Part shown: positions 15,754 through 24,600 of the stretch, one piece after another
Position numbering within the stretch: position 1 is the first letter of the stretch
Layout of the letters: every line of letters starts with the position of its first letter
Virus record (IMG/VR): IMGVR_UViG_3300045988_176106
DNA from: a virus
Length of the DNA: 64,000 nt
Strand: one strand, 5' to 3'
Position numbers and translations under genes: made by a program
The notes under the pieces: generated by a model
Database searches by the model: none
Seen by the model: the letters and a program-made list of their open reading frames with translations, nothing else
Told to the model about the DNA's origin: nothing

Positions 15754-16014
15754 CTATATCAGAACAGTAATTAGCTTTCCTGTTAATACAGTTGCTATAT
15801 GTCCTAATACAATAGAGATTAGTATTAGTATTGTGATAAAGATTCGACTATTTTGTCGTTTCTTAAGCCACTTAATCTTATTAGCCGCGGCGGATAGATT
15901 AATTACTATCAGCGCCGTATATACTACTAATCCAATGATGTATAACAATCCAATAGGATTACTTACAATTGTGCTGTATAGCAGGTAATCCCAAACGCTT
16001 CCAAATACAAACAT
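15754..16014 (-). CDS. Membrane protein
   Basis: 86 aa, three hydrophobic segments, GAGG upstream. Confidence 0.75.
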   Translation of the reverse strand: MFVFGSVWDYLLYSTIVSNPIGLLYIIGLVVYTALIVINLSAAANKIKWLKKRQNSRIFITILILISIVLGHIATVLTGKLITVLI

Positions 16015-16024
16015 ACCAATACCT

Positions 16025-16144
16025 CTACATAAAAAGAAACTTAAATAACAAAGTCATTACCGTTTCTAATACATACAATATCCCTATTGTTGATAGTATA
16101 ACAATAATGGCCATAAGAAATGATATAAAATCATATTCTTTCAT
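16025..16144 (-). CDS. Small hydrophobic peptide (39 aa), below the track cutoff
   Basis: Hand translation MKEYDFISFLMAIIVILSTIGILYVLETVMTLLFKFLFM*. It fills the gap between two genes, but the Shine-Dalgarno is weak. Confidence 0.35.
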   Translation of the reverse strand: MKEYDFISFLMAIIVILSTIGILYVLETVMTLLFKFLFM

Positions 16145-16149
16145 GATTG

Positions 16150-16491
16150 TTAACTCAAATTAGTTACGCCAACTAATTTCTCTAAACGCTCTACTCGCTT
16201 TTTAAGCTCTTCAAGTTCGTTATCTAAATTTTTATTGCCGGCCTTTAATTTTAACGTTTGAATAAGAATATCCGTGGTAACATCATATCCTGGATATACA
16301 CTACTTGAACCAACCCAAAGTACTTTACCGACCCTGTCAAATTTAAAAACAGGATCTGTATGACTTTCTTTTACAAACTTGGTACATTTCAATTTTGCAA
16401 TACACATGGGTATATCAGTATCGATAACTTCGTATTCGTTTCCGAATTTATCTACAACGATCTGGCCAACATTGATATCTTTAATATCCAT
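16150..16491 (-). CDS. Hypothetical protein with C-terminal coiled coil
   Basis: Start re-called at ATG 16491 (MDIKDINVGQ..., GGAGG upstream), 113 aa. Confidence 0.7.
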   Translation of the reverse strand: MDIKDINVGQIVVDKFGNEYEVIDTDIPMCIAKLKCTKFVKESHTDPVFKFDRVGKVLWVGSSSVYPGYDVTTDILIQTLKLKAGNKNLDNELEELKKRVERLEKLVGVTNLS

Positions 16492-16528
16492 TTTTATTAC
16501 CTCCAACAAGAATTTAATCATAAAAAGA

Positions 16529-16548
16529 TCCCACTCCTAAAAGTGGGA
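16529..16548 (-). terminator. Intrinsic terminator (symmetric A-run/T-run flanks)
   Basis: TCCCACT-cctaaa-AGTGGGA flanked by AAAAAGA and CCTTTTTTT, after the stop of 16566..18005. Confidence 0.65.
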
Positions 16549-16565
16549 CCTTTTTTTACTACAAA

Positions 16566-18005
16566 TTAAGCAGCAGTTTCTGCTTGTGGACCTTTGTCTA
16601 CAGTACCATCAGCGCCGGAGAGCAATTCATCAACACTTTGTTCTTGATCTTTTGCTTCAGCTTCAGCAGGTTTAGCACCGCGAGCTAAACGTCGTGCACG
16701 TGCAGCTTGTACACCTGTTTGCTCTTTAGGTTTTTCAGAACCTACTGTTTCAATGCTGTTGATATCGATTTCTTCGGCAACTTCAACAGCTTCTACAGGT
16801 GCAGCCAACATGTCGAAGTCTTCAGATACGACAGGAGCGGCAACACCACTACCAGCGCGGTCGAAGATGTATTCAGAAATCACAACATTAGGTACAGTAA
16901 CCCAAGGTTGTCCTTGACCCATAATACGGCTTTCCATAGTTACACGGTTGCCGGATTGGTAAATAATAGCAGGATTGCTAGCGATACCACGTTCAAACGC
17001 TTCAGGGCGAGAGTTAGTGTTACCGCGATTGTTATCGTACAAAGTAGTACGGATAGCAATCTTATTACCTTGTGGGTTAGTTACCTCTACAATGCGGCGA
17101 GTATATTGGGTCTCGCTGTTTTGGGTAACTTGGATACCACAACCAAAGTCAGAATGCAGAGGATCAACATCAGCCATATTGACTGTTGCTTTACCTTGCA
17201 TAAACAGACCTGCAATTACACGGCTTGCAGGGAACAAGGTGTTTTCCCACAAGTCTTTAGCAGTGCTGCCAACACGGCCGTAACCAGCACCCAATTCTGG
17301 CAATGCGATCGGCAAAAGGGTGTCGCGGTTAGCATAAATCGCTACACCTTTGAACAGTTTTTCTTCTTTAACCAACTTTTGAACTTGTGCCAAATATTCT
17401 TTGTACAGTTCTTCCATACGTTGATTGATGGCATTAACATTCATTGCCTTTTCAATAGTACGGATTTCACCGGTATTGTGAACATATTGGCTGTTCATTG
17501 TAGACAGGTTTTCTTTTTGGGACTGCAAACCCAAAATTGCAAGAGCATTACGATTGATGACATCATACTCTGCTTGTTTTACTGCGTCGGATGGGCATAC
17601 AAAAGTGTATGTCCATTGGCCTTGAACTGACATTGCATTGAATACATCGGAACGCAAAGCAGTTTCCATAGCCCAGTGGTTATGGTCGCCAACAGGAGTG
17701 TTGACGAAATCTACAGCACCTTTTTGGGCTACAACCCAATGATCGTCTGCATTTGCCATAATCCAACCGGTGGCACGTGCATTACGAGTGTTGCTGTATG
17801 GTGCTGGGACCATAACGTTTTGAGTACGGTATACGCTGAATACTGGACCATTATCAGTATCGCGGCGGTTAATGCTGTAAATCACGCGACGATTTTCAGG
17901 GCGTGGCATGTATACAGTGCCAGATACTTCATGGAAGTCTTCAGGGTTGTTACGTACAACAGAGATGATGCGGGATGGATTGATTTCGAAGTTTTCTTGG
18001 TTCAT
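16566..18005 (-). CDS. Abundant-looking non-structural protein of unknown function with a disordered acidic/Ala-rich C-terminal tail
   Basis: 479 aa. Visibly G+C-richer than neighbours. AAGGA Shine-Dalgarno. Flanked by terminators. The last ~90 aa are low-complexity (AEEIDINS...ARARRLARGAKPAEAEAKDQEQ...). Confidence 0.85.
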   Translation of the reverse strand: MNQENFEINPSRIISVVRNNPEDFHEVSGTVYMPRPENRRVIYSINRRDTDNGPVFSVYRTQNVMVPAPYSNTRNARATGWIMANADDHWVVAQKGAVDFVNTPVGDHNHWAMETALRSDVFNAMSVQGQWTYTFVCPSDAVKQAEYDVINRNALAILGLQSQKENLSTMNSQYVHNTGEIRTIEKAMNVNAINQRMEELYKEYLAQVQKLVKEEKLFKGVAIYANRDTLLPIALPELGAGYGRVGSTAKDLWENTLFPASRVIAGLFMQGKATVNMADVDPLHSDFGCGIQVTQNSETQYTRRIVEVTNPQGNKIAIRTTLYDNNRGNTNSRPEAFERGIASNPAIIYQSGNRVTMESRIMGQGQPWVTVPNVVISEYIFDRAGSGVAAPVVSEDFDMLAAPVEAVEVAEEIDINSIETVGSEKPKEQTGVQAARARRLARGAKPAEAEAKDQEQSVDELLSGADGTVDKGPQAETAA

Positions 18006-18082
18006 TTTAAGATCCTTTTTTAAAAGTAGAATTAAAGTGGGCGAATACCCGTTGGTGAGGACACCATTATCCTCAATAAAAA

Positions 18083-18111
18083 ATCGACACTTCCTGTGAA
18101 GAAGTGCCGAT
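18083..18111 (-). terminator. Conserved stem-loop family copy (extended stem)
   Basis: AAAAAATCGACACTTC-ctgtgaa-GAAGTGCCGAT, 11 bp with one G-U on minus RNA. Confidence 0.65.
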
Positions 18112-18119
18112 CTTTATTT

Positions 18120-18392
18120 TTACTTGCAACTTTTGATGTACAAGTCTGCCAGGTTACTACTGCGAGGAACAAACACGACTTGCGGGTTATTTATACTAGT
18201 AACATTATTTAAGCTGTCACTAGCAACAATATCCCCATCGCTATTTTGCAAAGCGAATTCAATTGCTGCCTTTTCGGCGATATTGTTATCTTTCGCCTTA
18301 ATACGCTTGCAAGACCTTTTGCTATTGTTAGCAGAGATGTATCCGATTATGAATACATCCCCACTAACTCTAGATGCGTCAGCGTATATCAT
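18120..18392 (-). CDS. Mini RNase H-like domain protein
   Basis: 90 aa. YADAS...G...NNIAEKAAIEFAL...VASDS...PRSSNLADLY follows the D-E-D...N-x-x-AD pattern of small RNase H-like domains. ATGA overlap with the upstream gene. Confidence 0.5.
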   Translation of the reverse strand: MIYADASRVSGDVFIIGYISANNSKRSCKRIKAKDNNIAEKAAIEFALQNSDGDIVASDSLNNVTSINNPQVVFVPRSSNLADLYIKSCK

Positions 18393-19318
18393 GCTGCAGA
18401 ATCTTCTTCAGCAGTCATAGCCATCATGCCTTTACGGATGATGCCTTTAGCACCACTTGCACCAAAATCTTTGGTTGTTGCAGCGTCCAACAGATCAATA
18501 ATGCAAGACAGTGCCAGCGCAGATACTTTAATAATGGAACCAATTACTTTCTTGATACCATTATAAACATAAAACACCGCACCTTTGGCAAAGTCCCACA
18601 ACAGACCGCCTACTTTAGTCAGACCAACCATAATAGAGCCAGTCCAACCTTTCTTAACTGCATCAGGGGTTTTATCAATAGTCCCCTTAACAGATTCGAC
18701 AATCGCTTCAGCCTCTTCATGAGTGCTGACATTCATTTTCAGTTCAGAAAGAATGTCTTTAGCAGCTTCATTTACTGCAGGCATATTGCATTGAGCAATA
18801 CTGATACCTGTGATATCGCTCAAACCAAAATGGGCGATAGCACGGATATATTTGCGCACTTCAACATACAAGCGCACTTTGTTTTCTTCTGTATTATTCG
18901 TATCCAATTCAATATTAGCACGAATAACTGCTGAATGCAGCAAATGAATACTGGATTCGTCCAGTTTCTCGATTTCTTTCATTTCTGCATCGAGGACTTC
19001 TTGAGATTTGTAGTTTTGAGCGTTTACGGTTTTCATGATGGTTTCCTTGTAATTGGTGAAAATTGAATCGGCAACATTGCCAAGTTTAGTTTCTGGTTTA
19101 GATTCATCCATAACATCGTATGGATCCGTATCGATTATACCTTTCTGAATATAATCGTGTGCAACTGTTTTGTACTCAATAAAGCCGGCAATAACCTTTT
19201 CTTCATTGAGTTTTTTAACTGACTGATCAATAGCAGCGGCATAACCTTTAGCGGCATTCTTAATACCGTTTGCAATATTATGCAACTGCTTTCTCGCAGC
19301 TTTTGCTTTGTCGGCCAT
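18389..19318 (-). CDS. Hypothetical protein (helical, G+C-richer)
   Basis: 309 aa, AAGGAA Shine-Dalgarno. Antisense ORFs 18374..18934 and 18246..18566 are rejected. Confidence 0.8.
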   Translation of the reverse strand: MADKAKAARKQLHNIANGIKNAAKGYAAAIDQSVKKLNEEKVIAGFIEYKTVAHDYIQKGIIDTDPYDVMDESKPETKLGNVADSIFTNYKETIMKTVNAQNYKSQEVLDAEMKEIEKLDESSIHLLHSAVIRANIELDTNNTEENKVRLYVEVRKYIRAIAHFGLSDITGISIAQCNMPAVNEAAKDILSELKMNVSTHEEAEAIVESVKGTIDKTPDAVKKGWTGSIMVGLTKVGGLLWDFAKGAVFYVYNGIKKVIGSIIKVSALALSCIIDLLDAATTKDFGASGAKGIIRKGMMAMTAEEDSAA

Positions 19319-19354
19319 ATCATTTCCTTTCTATCAGATGGCTTTCAACAAAAA

Positions 19355-19388
19355 ATCGACACTAAACGTTAATTCGTCTAGTGCCGAT
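19355..19388 (-). terminator. Conserved stem-loop family copy (long loop)
   Basis: AAAAAATCGACACTA-(14 nt)-TAGTGCCGAT. Confidence 0.6.
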
Positions 19389-19395
19389 GGTCAGA

Positions 19396-19770
19396 TTAGT
19401 CTTCTTTGGTCAACTTGTCAGTATGAACCATGAACTCTTTCTGTTTTGTTACTGCAATTTTCAGCAGTGGCAAACATGTTACCATTGCTGTGAATCCAAC
19501 ATCAATCCATGCATGGACAACTTCGCCGAACTTATCGAAGAAGCCAACAGTCCAACCTTCGCTGATATTAATAACGACAGTACCTGATTTCTTTTCATCA
19601 ACAGATACTGTATCATTGCCAACGAATTCTTTGACTTTTACTTTCGCAAATTTCGGATCCTTGCCGAGAATGATGCACATCTTTTCGGCTGTTTTCTTTG
19701 CGACACCAGAAATCTTTGCAGAGAAACAATTGATTGCGGATACTTCTTTAGCGGTGAAAACGATTTTCAT
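19396..19770 (-). CDS. Hypothetical protein
   Basis: Start re-called at ATG 19770 (MKIVFTAKEV..., AAGGA upstream), 124 aa. Confidence 0.75.
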   Translation of the reverse strand: MKIVFTAKEVSAINCFSAKISGVAKKTAEKMCIILGKDPKFAKVKVKEFVGNDTVSVDEKKSGTVVINISEGWTVGFFDKFGEVVHAWIDVGFTAMVTCLPLLKIAVTKQKEFMVHTDKLTKED

Positions 19771-19816
19771 TTTGTTGTCCTTTCTTAAGACGTGGTTAAA
19801 AAATATAATCAAAAAG

Positions 19817-19851
19817 AAGTCGACACTTAACCTATAGTGGTGTGGCGACTT
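19817..19851 (-). terminator. Conserved stem-loop family copy (bulged)
   Basis: Minus RNA AAGUCG(CC)CACAC...GUGUCGACUU. Confidence 0.5.
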
Positions 19852-19936
19852 TCACTACGAAGAGCGTACGGAGAAAATAATCCCCGTCGACACTAATCCT
19901 GTGATAAAAACTTAATATACAACTTCCTTCAAAAAA

Positions 19937-19960
19937 GAATCGACACTAAAGCGCCGACTC
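19937..19960 (-). terminator. Conserved stem-loop family copy
   Basis: GAATCGACAC-taaa-GCGCCGACTC. 10 bp on minus RNA with three G-U pairs, so it cannot form on the plus-sense RNA. Confidence 0.6.
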
Positions 19961-19969
19961 TACAGTAAC

Positions 19970-20203
19970 TTAATGAACAATGCTACAAACTTTTCGGATA
20001 TCAGTTATAGTATCGACACCAGCACCATCAGACTGATACAGTAGCTCCCCATCTTTATCGAGTACTTGAACATACCCGAATCCGCAGATAACGGAGTTGC
20101 CATTATCTGAGTTCATTACACTTTTTAATTCAGGATTATTAATAGCTTCCTGAATTTTGTTTTTAAGCAGGACATCAAAGTCCTTTTTATCTACAAAAAA
20201 CAT
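19970..20203 (-). CDS. Hypothetical protein
   Basis: The track start is TTG 20239, next to the hairpin. Re-called at ATG 20203 (MFFVDKKDF..., GGAGAAGGG upstream), 77 aa. Confidence 0.7.
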   Translation of the reverse strand: MFFVDKKDFDVLLKNKIQEAINNPELKSVMNSDNGNSVICGFGYVQVLDKDGELLYQSDGAGVDTITDIRKVCSIVH

Positions 20204-20243
20204 ATTGATTCCCTTCTCCGTATAAAAGGTTTTACTCAAAAAA

Positions 20244-20268
20244 GAATCGACACTATATGTGCCGACTC
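20244..20268 (-). terminator. Conserved stem-loop family copy
   Basis: AAAAAAGAATCGACAC-tatat-GTGCCGACTC. Confidence 0.65.
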
Positions 20269-20273
20269 TTAAT

Positions 20274-20630
20274 TTATTTTCCTTCAGCTTCCAGTTCTTC
20301 GATAACCTCGTTATGGATATCGATATTGATCACATGCTCGCAGCTTGCAACTAAACGACGGAAGCTTTGTTCAGGAGTAATATCAGGGTGATTAGCCCAA
20401 TCGTCCTCTCTGTCACGTTCTTCACGGTAATCAAGCACATCGTGGAACAGGTCTGCACTACTGAACCCTTTGAGGTAGTCTTTGTACTCCTCAATATTTT
20501 TGTGCCCATCTTCTTTCAGTTCAGCGATGAAGTTTTCCTGAGCCTGTTTCATCGCAGCATCTTCAAATGCCTTACGTTCATCAGCATTGTGCCAAATTTG
20601 AAACATGTTTTTAGTTGGGATGAATTCCAT
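20274..20630 (-). CDS. Highly acidic small protein
   Basis: 118 aa, AGGAGG Shine-Dalgarno, D/E-rich throughout. Confidence 0.8.
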   Translation of the reverse strand: MEFIPTKNMFQIWHNADERKAFEDAAMKQAQENFIAELKEDGHKNIEEYKDYLKGFSSADLFHDVLDYREERDREDDWANHPDITPEQSFRRLVASCEHVINIDIHNEVIEELEAEGK

Positions 20631-20677
20631 TTTGGGGCCTCCTATAGCCGTGAAATTTAAAAAATAATCAAAAAAGA

Positions 20678-20711
20678 ATCGACACCGAAGCTATAAAGCT
20701 AAGGTGCCGAT
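20678..20711 (-). terminator. Conserved stem-loop family copy (two-tier stem)
   Basis: ATCGACACC-ga-AGCT-ataa-AGCT-aa-GGTGCCGAT. Confidence 0.6.
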
Positions 20712-20748
20712 AAAGTCCCTTACATGAAGATATGAAATCTTCAAAAAA

Positions 20749-20778
20749 GAATCGACACTAAAAATTTAGGCCGATTCT
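20749..20778 (-). terminator. Conserved stem-loop family copy (variant)
   Basis: AAAAAAGAATCGACAC-(loop)-GGCCGATTCT, after the stop of 20786..20989. Confidence 0.55.
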
Positions 20779-20785
20779 GTATTTT

Positions 20786-20989
20786 TTAATAGAAGCACTG
20801 GTCCTCATATCTGTCAAATTTTACTGATCCGTCCTCACTTATATCAAATATAACAGAGAACTTATCATCAATATGATCGACGATAGCTGAGTAGCATTGT
20901 ATCTTTACTGAGACGCCATCTTGTCGATGCATATCAGATTTAAATTCTTCAACAGAGTTGTAATGCATTTTAAATTTAAATGAAATCAT
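20786..20989 (-). CDS. Hypothetical protein
   Basis: 67 aa, GGAG upstream. Confidence 0.7.
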   Translation of the reverse strand: MISFKFKMHYNSVEEFKSDMHRQDGVSVKIQCYSAIVDHIDDKFSVIFDISEDGSVKFDRYEDQCFY

Positions 20990-21024
20990 GATGATTCTCC
21001 AGAAACAAAGTTGTCAAAAAGAAA

Positions 21025-21048
21025 TCGACACATATATTAATGTGCCGA
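21025..21048 (-). terminator. Conserved stem-loop family copy
   Basis: AAAAAGAAATCGACACA-tatattaa-TGTGCCGA. Confidence 0.65.
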
Positions 21049-21059
21049 CCTCTATTGTA

Positions 21060-21395
21060 TTACCGACCAGAAAAGGTATGTTCAGTAATCGGTGTCCACG
21101 GAGTATCATGAGATACACCTTTAGGTCTCCATTCAGCACCATTAGTACTGATTCTGGCGTCGTATTCTTTGGTCCCAAATGCACGTTGGAACCGTAATAA
21201 CAGTTCCTTGTTTTGGACGAAGCTAAGAACCTTTTCACGACTCTCATTGATAAGAGGACGTTGCTCCATAACGCCCTGATTTCGTTTAAGAGCCAGTTCC
21301 AACTCTTCAACTTTATTTTGCAGAGCCTGTACCTCTGCTTCTTTCTTTGCCAGCATTGCAATTAAGTCTTTCTTCAGAACATTGTTGTAATTCAT
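21060..21395 (-). CDS. Coiled-coil protein
   Basis: Start re-called at ATG 21395 (MNYNNVLKKDL..., GGAG upstream), 111 aa. The track start runs through hairpin 21429-21460. Confidence 0.7.
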   Translation of the reverse strand: MNYNNVLKKDLIAMLAKKEAEVQALQNKVEELELALKRNQGVMEQRPLINESREKVLSFVQNKELLLRFQRAFGTKEYDARISTNGAEWRPKGVSHDTPWTPITEHTFSGR

Positions 21396-21428
21396 AATAG
21401 TCTCCAAGGGTTGTAAACAATCATAAAA

Positions 21429-21460
21429 GTGTCGACACTCACCCTTACGAGTGCCGGCAC
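21429..21460 (-). terminator. Conserved stem-loop family copy (12-bp variant)
   Basis: GTGTCGACACTC-acccttac-GAGTGCCGGCAC. Confidence 0.55.
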
Positions 21461-21528
21461 CTTTTAAATAGATGGTGTGCATATCGGTGATCTCAATAGA
21501 GGCCGTAATACATCCTCACAAAGCGATC

Positions 21529-21574
21529 GACACTACTTGTCCGCTACAGAAATCTGTACCGGAGTTGTAGTGTC
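21529..21574 (-). terminator. Long compound hairpin after the RNAP-2 stop
   Basis: GACACTAC...TCCG-c-TACAG-aaat-CTGTA-c-CGGA...GTAGTGTC. Confidence 0.5.
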
Positions 21575-21600
21575 TTTCTCGGGTTTGTGTGTACGGAGTA

Positions 21601-24600
21601 TTAGAATCCCATGTCTTCCAATACTTCAGCTTGCTCAGCAGCAGTTGCAGACTCAGCACGTTCAGCTGCCACGTTGATGGCTTGAATAACCTTCAGCGAT
21701 TTAGAAGCTTTCTCAGCAGCTTCAAAGAAGTAGCCGATAGCACCATAAATGGAAGCTTTAGGAGCGGTAGAATGCTTCACGCCACGAGACTCAACTGTTT
21801 TGAAGAATCCATCAAATGTACGGCCGATGCTCATAGTTGCATCAACATAGTCTTTGATTTCAGCTTCTGTACCCTCAATGCTAGAATAAACAACTGAGTT
21901 AAGATTAGCCATGTATGAACCAAAGCCCATACGAGATAACGCTAAACCAGTTGCACGTACACCATAATGGTTGTAGTAGTTGTACTCACCATCAGAGTAC
22001 ACTTTACCTAACTGAACCATATTGGAGTGCTCAATGATACGAGGAGCTTTTTCTGCAATAATTGTAGCAATACGACGCGCTACTTCTTTATTGCCGATAG
22101 TAGACTCGATAGCTTCTTCCCAGGCATCTGCCAAAGAAATAGAGTCATCGTGTGCATTACGCTCAGATGCACTGAACAGATACATCATATCAATCAATGA
22201 GTATCCGCGGTTCTCGTGTTTCATTTGGCTAATAGCACCGTTTTGTACTGCCACACCCATGCTGGCAATAGCAATACGTGCTTCCTCTTTAGTCAGGCCA
22301 TCTTTTAATGCAGTCATGGCTTCAAACAGAGGAATGCTTTGTACAAGAGCATTGGTATACTTACCAGTGTCTTGTTTTGCCTTAACAAGTTTCTCAACAC
22401 CAGCTTGGAATTCTTCCACTGGATAGCATTTAATAGTGCTATCAGTAATAATATCCAAACCTTTCAGGAGAGACTCTTCTTCATCAGCCACATATGCAGC
22501 CTGATACGCACCGATAAGATTATCTTTGCCCAGAGTGTGTTCTGCTGTCCAGGTTTCATATCCTTCCAAACCTTTAGCGAAAAAGACGGTAGCACGGTCT
22601 CCGTCAAAGTCATCTTGGTTAGATAATGCCAGCATTGGAGGAATGCGCAATACAGATTCTTCCAAGATTCCGAAAATCCCGTATTCTTCTGTACTAGTCC
22701 AGAATGGGGTACCAGATTTGGCTGACACCAACTTAAATGACTGCAGCATCAGTTCTGGGTATTTAATATAACCCAGCTGACCATCCTCTTGAATACCCTT
22801 GCGGACAGTCTTATTAGTTGTGTATACATTTACAAGATCCTTTGTTTGTGGAACCAGCACCATATTGGCATTGCCAGTCATACGCATTTTAGTAATGCGA
22901 GCGCCCAAAAACAATTGTTCCAAAGTCAGGATGTGTTTAGCATATGTCAACACAGCACCTTTAGTGTTTTGGAACTTGATCATTTGATAGATGGACATCA
23001 AAGTGCCAACAAGTTTACCACCGATTAAGCCCTCAGACAAATCTTCCTCATTAGGAAGAATGATTTGGCCCTTCAGTTTATTCCAACCTGGGAACACAAA
23101 ATCGTAACCGGCAAACTCAATAGTAAATCCTGTATTGATCAGACCTACCCAACCAATAGAATCATCACCATTCAAAAGACGATCGATTGTATTAGCGATC
23201 ATTTGTTTGTCCTTACCGTATGATTTGAAGTTTTCAGCCTTCAATGTACCATTGCCCGCATAGGCAATAGTGTTATCAAACAGTTCTTTCAAGATAAACT
23301 TGATTTCACCCTCTTCGTAAATACGAGGAGAGAGATCTTTAGTCATCACTGAGGACTCAACAAGGTATGAGTTGTCGATGTTTGCTTTCAGGAATGACAC
23401 CAAAGCCTCTTCGCCAAATTGATCCTTAATAGAATCAAGGGTCAGCAGAGAGATACGTCCCACTTTCTTGGCTTTAGTAATCAAACCTTGACGTTTCATA
23501 TCCAGAAGCGCCTCACCAACCTTGAAATCAGGGTTAGTTTTAATGCTTTCAACAAATGACTTCATTACAGATGTAGCATTCAATGCTTCTACCTCCTCAT
23601 CTGTAAGGCTTTCTTCATCAATTTGTTCGACACCGAGTAATTCAAACTCTGCCTCATCTATTGAAGCATGTTTCTTAATCTCCTCTTGTTGAGACAGAAA
23701 CTTGTCAGTATACTCCCAACCCTCAAGAGCATAGAATGAAGTTGCATGCAGCTCCTCATCAATAACGATTGCCTTGTAAGTTAATGCGCCAATCTTAACA
23801 TCTCTAACAAAAGAAGCCAGCTCATTATTTACTTGTGTACGGAACTCAGCATCGTTGTACAAACTAATGATAAAGTCCTTCAGAGTTTTACCATTATTTA
23901 CAAGGTTAAATCCAAGACCAACTGATTTTGATTTCAGTTTACCAGAGATATAATCTACTCCCAACTCTTTTGAGGCAGATTCAAAGCTGTCATCAATGTA
24001 AGCTGCAACACCTTTAACATGGTTCTCAGAGATAACACGCATAGCACCATATTTCAGGTACTCCTCTTTTGAAGCATGAATGGCGCCACCAACAATACTG
24101 GTGTACACGCTATCCTCAAAGCGGTCATAGTCTTTAGGCATATCAACACCTACGATAACTGCAACTTTCTTAGTGCCGATGCTAACAGACTTATGATCTG
24201 ATGGATTCAGACCAAACCTTGCAATAGATTTGGTTGCATCATTGATGCTGTAAGTTGTATCACCATCAAAAACGGCAGCCATAGAGTCTACAGCGCCCTG
24301 ACTAAATGCACCAATAGATGCTAATTTGGCATTGATATCCGGACTCAAGTTCATAGAATCCAACTCTCCAGATTCAATCTCCCAACCCTGTAAGCGATAC
24401 TGCGCTAATTGTTGGCGCGGCATTACATGAGAAACAGGTGCGTAACGTAAGCCAGGACGTTGACGCATAGCGTCTAAGATGTCCTCGATCTTGGTTTTGC
24501 TATCTGAAGACAGTTTAATTACGAACATAAAGAACGCCTCCGCAGAGGTAATAATCTCTTTGCGGAACACGGTTTCTTTTCTTTTCTCTACGACAACCAC

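Noticed and set aside
16707-17630. 307-aa plus-strand ORF, with 16975..17283 and 17676..18023 nearby
   Set aside because: It is antisense to the 479-aa gene, which has a Shine-Dalgarno, terminators on both sides and a plausible protein sequence. The plus-strand translation is Cys/Phe/Arg-rich and low-complexity. These are shadow ORFs of a G+C-rich gene.
16566-18005. Phage-nucleus shell (chimallin) or second capsid protein
   Set aside because: The idea rests only on apparent high expression and terminal tails. I recognise no sequence motif, and the known nucleus-forming phages use split multisubunit RNAPs, unlike this genome. Left as unknown.
21014-21361. 115-aa minus-strand ORF overlapping 21060..21395 in another frame
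   Set aside because: It starts within the stem-loop/terminator region, lacks a Shine-Dalgarno and overlaps a better-supported gene almost completely.
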